Assembly (NCBI GenBank): GCA_003971905.1
Contig: RSEE01000028.1
Coordinates: 186,001 to 250,000 of the forward strand
From: Moniliella sp. 'wahieum'
Taxonomy: Eukaryota
Reading direction: 5' to 3'
DNA: 64,000 bases
This document shows, piece after piece, positions 63,460 through 64,000 of the stretch. The notes under the pieces were generated by a model that saw only the letters and a program-made list of their open reading frames with translations, did not search any database and was not told the origin of the DNA. The position numbers were made by a program, and so were the translations under genes. The number at the start of each line of letters is the position of its first letter. The stretch's first letter is position 1.

Positions 63460-64000
63460 ATGGACGCGACGCAGGCTGCGGGTCTGGTACCCCTTGCTGG
63501 GACACAGTTGGGGGCACCCGAACCCCCACATCACCATTCGGCACATTGACGCGGAGCGGGTGGATTTTATCCTCGAGGACTGCGATATGTCCTTCGCCAA
63601 CTCGCTTCGCCGTGTTATGATTGCTGATGTGCCCACTGTCGCCATTGACACGGTGGAGATCAGCGAGAATACACTTCGGTGATCCCAGACAGTTTCTTGC
63701 GCATCGCATGGGCCTCATTCCGCTCATCTCGACTGACACGGATCGGGTGCTGGTGGATGCCCGCGATTGCATTTGCGAAGAAGGATGCGAACGGTGCACT
63801 GTCGAACTGACGCTTCACGTTCGGTGTTCCCGTTCCCAACGGGCTACCCTCGACGTGACCACGGCGGACTTGATTCGATCGGCACCGCTGGGCGAGCCGT
63901 ACCCGGGCGATCCGATGATGAACAGCGAAGGTCCCTTCCCAGCCAACCCCAACAAGCATCCCGACTTTGGCAAGCCTACCTCGCAAGTCGGCACGGCGCA
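63460..64000 (+). CDS. RPB3: RNA polymerase II subunit RPB3 (5' part, runs off window)
   Basis: VDFILEDCDMSFANSLRRVMIADVPTVAID, FLAHRMGLIPL and the zinc loop DCICEEGCERCTVELTL. Confidence 0.92.

Overview
This is GC-rich, intron-poor fungal nuclear DNA, most likely a basidiomycete of the Ustilaginomycotina (inferred from GTRNGT..CTRAC..YAG introns and the protein families present). Nearly every gene carries single-base frameshifts, including essential ones, which points to an unpolished long-read assembly. Most CDS ends are therefore approximate. Genes in order: Pho80/Pcl-type cyclin, AVT3/4-like vacuolar amino-acid transporter, SAR1, a divergent SGT1-like gene, NCS1 purine-cytosine permease, DHA1 MFS transporter, Ytp1/DUF2427 membrane protein, SREBP, tRNA-Asp, phytochrome, Nup188, CCT7, a short divergent Fab1-like PI3P 5-kinase, MTAP, a divergent eIF4G-like gene, an aberrant tRNA-like gene, a secreted protein and RPB3 (truncated). 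The best unexplained structure is a 3.67-kb element at 32373-36037 with 25-bp CAC..GTG terminal inverted repeats and a 2-bp target duplication but no transposase. It carries a decayed ORF, an ATG-free array of about 7 mini-intron modules, and a conserved non-coding block with a second copy at 19.2-19.5 kb. Also notable are an altered activation loop in the Fab1-like kinase, diverged direct repeats flanking the secreted-protein gene, a possible HDV-like ribozyme fold, and frequent 7-8-bp intergenic tandem repeats.
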